DNA from: a virus
Length of the DNA stretch: 64,000 nucleotides
Direction: 5' to 3' (one strand)
IMG/VR virus record: IMGVR_UViG_3300023174_000080
Location: 32,001 to 96,000 of that record
The notes under the pieces were generated by a model. The model was not told the origin of the DNA. It made no database searches and saw nothing but the letters and a program-made list of their open reading frames with translations. Made by a program: the position numbers and the translations under genes. Positions 62,560-64,000 of this stretch are shown in pieces (position 1 is the stretch's first letter; each line of letters opens with the position of its first letter).

Positions 62560-64000
62560 ATGAGTAACGTATTAGAGCGCCTCACAGAAGGCGTAGTTGA
62601 ACGCAACATGTTGAATGAAACAAAGGCTGTAGTAGGTAAGTGGGAAGCTTCTGGTTTATTAGAAGGTTTAAAGACAGAACGTGAACGCAGCACAATGGCA
62701 GTATTGCTTGAAAACCAAGCAAAAGAATTACTCCGCGAAGCTAACACAATGGCTTCTGGTGACGTACAAGGTTTCGCAGCAGTTGCATTCCCTATCGTTC
62801 GTCGCGTATTCGCTGGCTTAATTGCTAACGACCTTGTATCTGTACAACCAATGAGCTTACCATCCGGTCTTGTATTCTTCATGGATTTCAAGCGTGGTAC
62901 AGCAGTAGGTAACACAGGTGACCGCGTATTCCAAACTGGTTCTTCATTCTTCGGTGATCGTTTAGGCGTAGAAATCACTGGTGGAGTTCGTTTAGATGGC
63001 GCATACACAGAAAAGGGTTTTTATAACTTAGCAAATGGTTATAACAAAAACCGTTATAATACCTTTGTACCAACTGGCAGCGTATCCGAAACAGCAGCAT
63101 TTGCTCTTTCTGGCGCAAGCGACACCAACAAGGCATTAATTCGTTGGGATCCAGACCTTTTGGATGGCGTAACATATACTTCTGCTTCAGTATTACGCAT
63201 TCCATTAACTGCTGTATCACAAAGTGCATTACTTGCTGAAAAAGATGTATTTTCTCTTTCAGTAGCACAAGCAGCTGGCTATACTGCTGGCACCACTGGT
63301 GACGTAACAGCTTCTACCTTAACTGGTACAGGTACCACAGTAGTTCGCCGCTTAACAACCGTTGTAGAAGTTGCTGGCACCAAGTATTTGCAATTCGTTG
63401 TAGCAAGCAACAGCGCAGCTGCATTAGCAAGTGTTGTAACTGGTTCTCACGTAGCTCTTTCTTACCCAATCAAAGATAATTTGATTGGCGTAGGCGATCA
63501 TGCTCTTGGCGCTATCAAGGGTGCAACACCATGGGGTTTTGAAGATTCTTCCGCAATTCCAGAAGTTGAATTAAAGGTAGACAGCTTCTCTATCACTGCT
63601 GGTACCCGTAAGCTCAAGGCAGCTTGGACCCCAGAATTAGGTCAAGACTTGAACGCTTATCACAATCTCGATGCAGAAGTAGAATTAACTTCTATCCTTT
63701 CTGAACAAATCGGTCTTGAAATCGACCAAGAAATCTTGAACGATCTTGTCAAGGGTGCTACAGCTGGCACCAAGTATTGGAGCCGTCGTCCCGGTAAGTT
63801 CGTAAACCGTGCAACTGGTGCAGATATCGGCGCAGGCGCTTATACCGCTCCACCAGACTTCACTGGTAACGTAAGCATGTGGTACGAAACACTCGTTGAA
63901 ACAATCAATGATGTATCCGCAGCAATTCACCGTAAGACATTACGCGGCGGTGCAAACTTCCTCGTATGCTCACCAGAAGTTGCTAATATCTTGGAATTCA
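62560..64000 (+). CDS. gp23: Major capsid protein (T4 gp23-like), 3'-truncated by window edge; absent from ORF track
   Basis: TAAGGAG RBS and ATG at 62560. It translates as MSNVLERLTEG...KWEASGLLEGL...AVLLENQ...FPIVRRVF...LVSVQPMSLPSGLVFF...TRKLKAAWTPELGQDLNAYHNLDAEVELTSILSEQIGLEIDQEIL...RGGANFLVCSPEVA; no stop was seen before the window end. Confidence 0.97.
   Translation, partial: MSNVLERLTEGVVERNMLNETKAVVGKWEASGLLEGLKTERERSTMAVLLENQAKELLREANTMASGDVQGFAAVAFPIVRRVFAGLIANDLVSVQPMSLPSGLVFFMDFKRGTAVGNTGDRVFQTGSSFFGDRLGVEITGGVRLDGAYTEKGFYNLANGYNKNRYNTFVPTGSVSETAAFALSGASDTNKALIRWDPDLLDGVTYTSASVLRIPLTAVSQSALLAEKDVFSLSVAQAAGYTAGTTGDVTASTLTGTGTTVVRRLTTVVEVAGTKYLQFVVASNSAAALASVVTGSHVALSYPIKDNLIGVGDHALGAIKGATPWGFEDSSAIPEVELKVDSFSITAGTRKLKAAWTPELGQDLNAYHNLDAEVELTSILSEQIGLEIDQEILNDLVKGATAGTKYWSRRPGKFVNRATGADIGAGAYTAPPDFTGNVSMWYETLVETINDVSAAIHRKTLRGGANFLVCSPEVANILEF

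Noticed and set aside
62544-63930. Minus-strand ORFs 62544..63008, 62975..63268 and 63685..63930
   Set aside because: They are antisense shadows of the major capsid gene, which the track missed because it has no stop inside the window.
1-64000. Genome-wide stop-codon reassignment, as in some large phages
   Set aside because: Conserved genes are full-length and densely packed under the standard code, and TAG and TGA terminate genes at sensible positions (e.g. TAG at 1566 and 49947, TGA at 3091).

Overview
The window is an AT-rich stretch of a large T4-like (myovirus, probably jumbo/huge) bacteriophage genome. It is read almost entirely on the + strand in the standard genetic code. From left to right it holds: the end of a nucleotide-sugar module (epimerase C-terminus, RfbH-type 3-dehydrase), an FmdB-type zinc ribbon and a gp55-like late sigma factor; a ~40 kb baseplate/tail/fibre block (gp25-like, gp6-like, 1997-aa and 3503-aa giants, a tandem-duplicated gp15-like protein, several fibres); a RuvC-like resolvase, a primase and a fused SbcD-SbcC nuclease; a putative membrane lysis trio; and the head module (terminase, portal, prohead protease, a divergent bS21, scaffold, and a major capsid gene that is cut off by the window end and missing from the ORF track). 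No tRNA, rRNA, CRISPR array or mobile element was seen. The leading hypotheses are: (1) a virion-glycosylation system, suggested by a pervasive hydrophobic-[ST]-[GAS]-[STAN] motif in exposed virion proteins next to phage sugar genes; (2) a late promoter motif ACTA(T/A)TTA, often superimposed on terminators; (3) N- and C-terminal peptide tags shared by head proteins; (4) an unannotated Cys-rich 23-aa peptide ending in UGA plus a hairpin; (5) a three-gene fibre family built from five copies of one domain. All product calls come from motif recognition by eye, with no database search.
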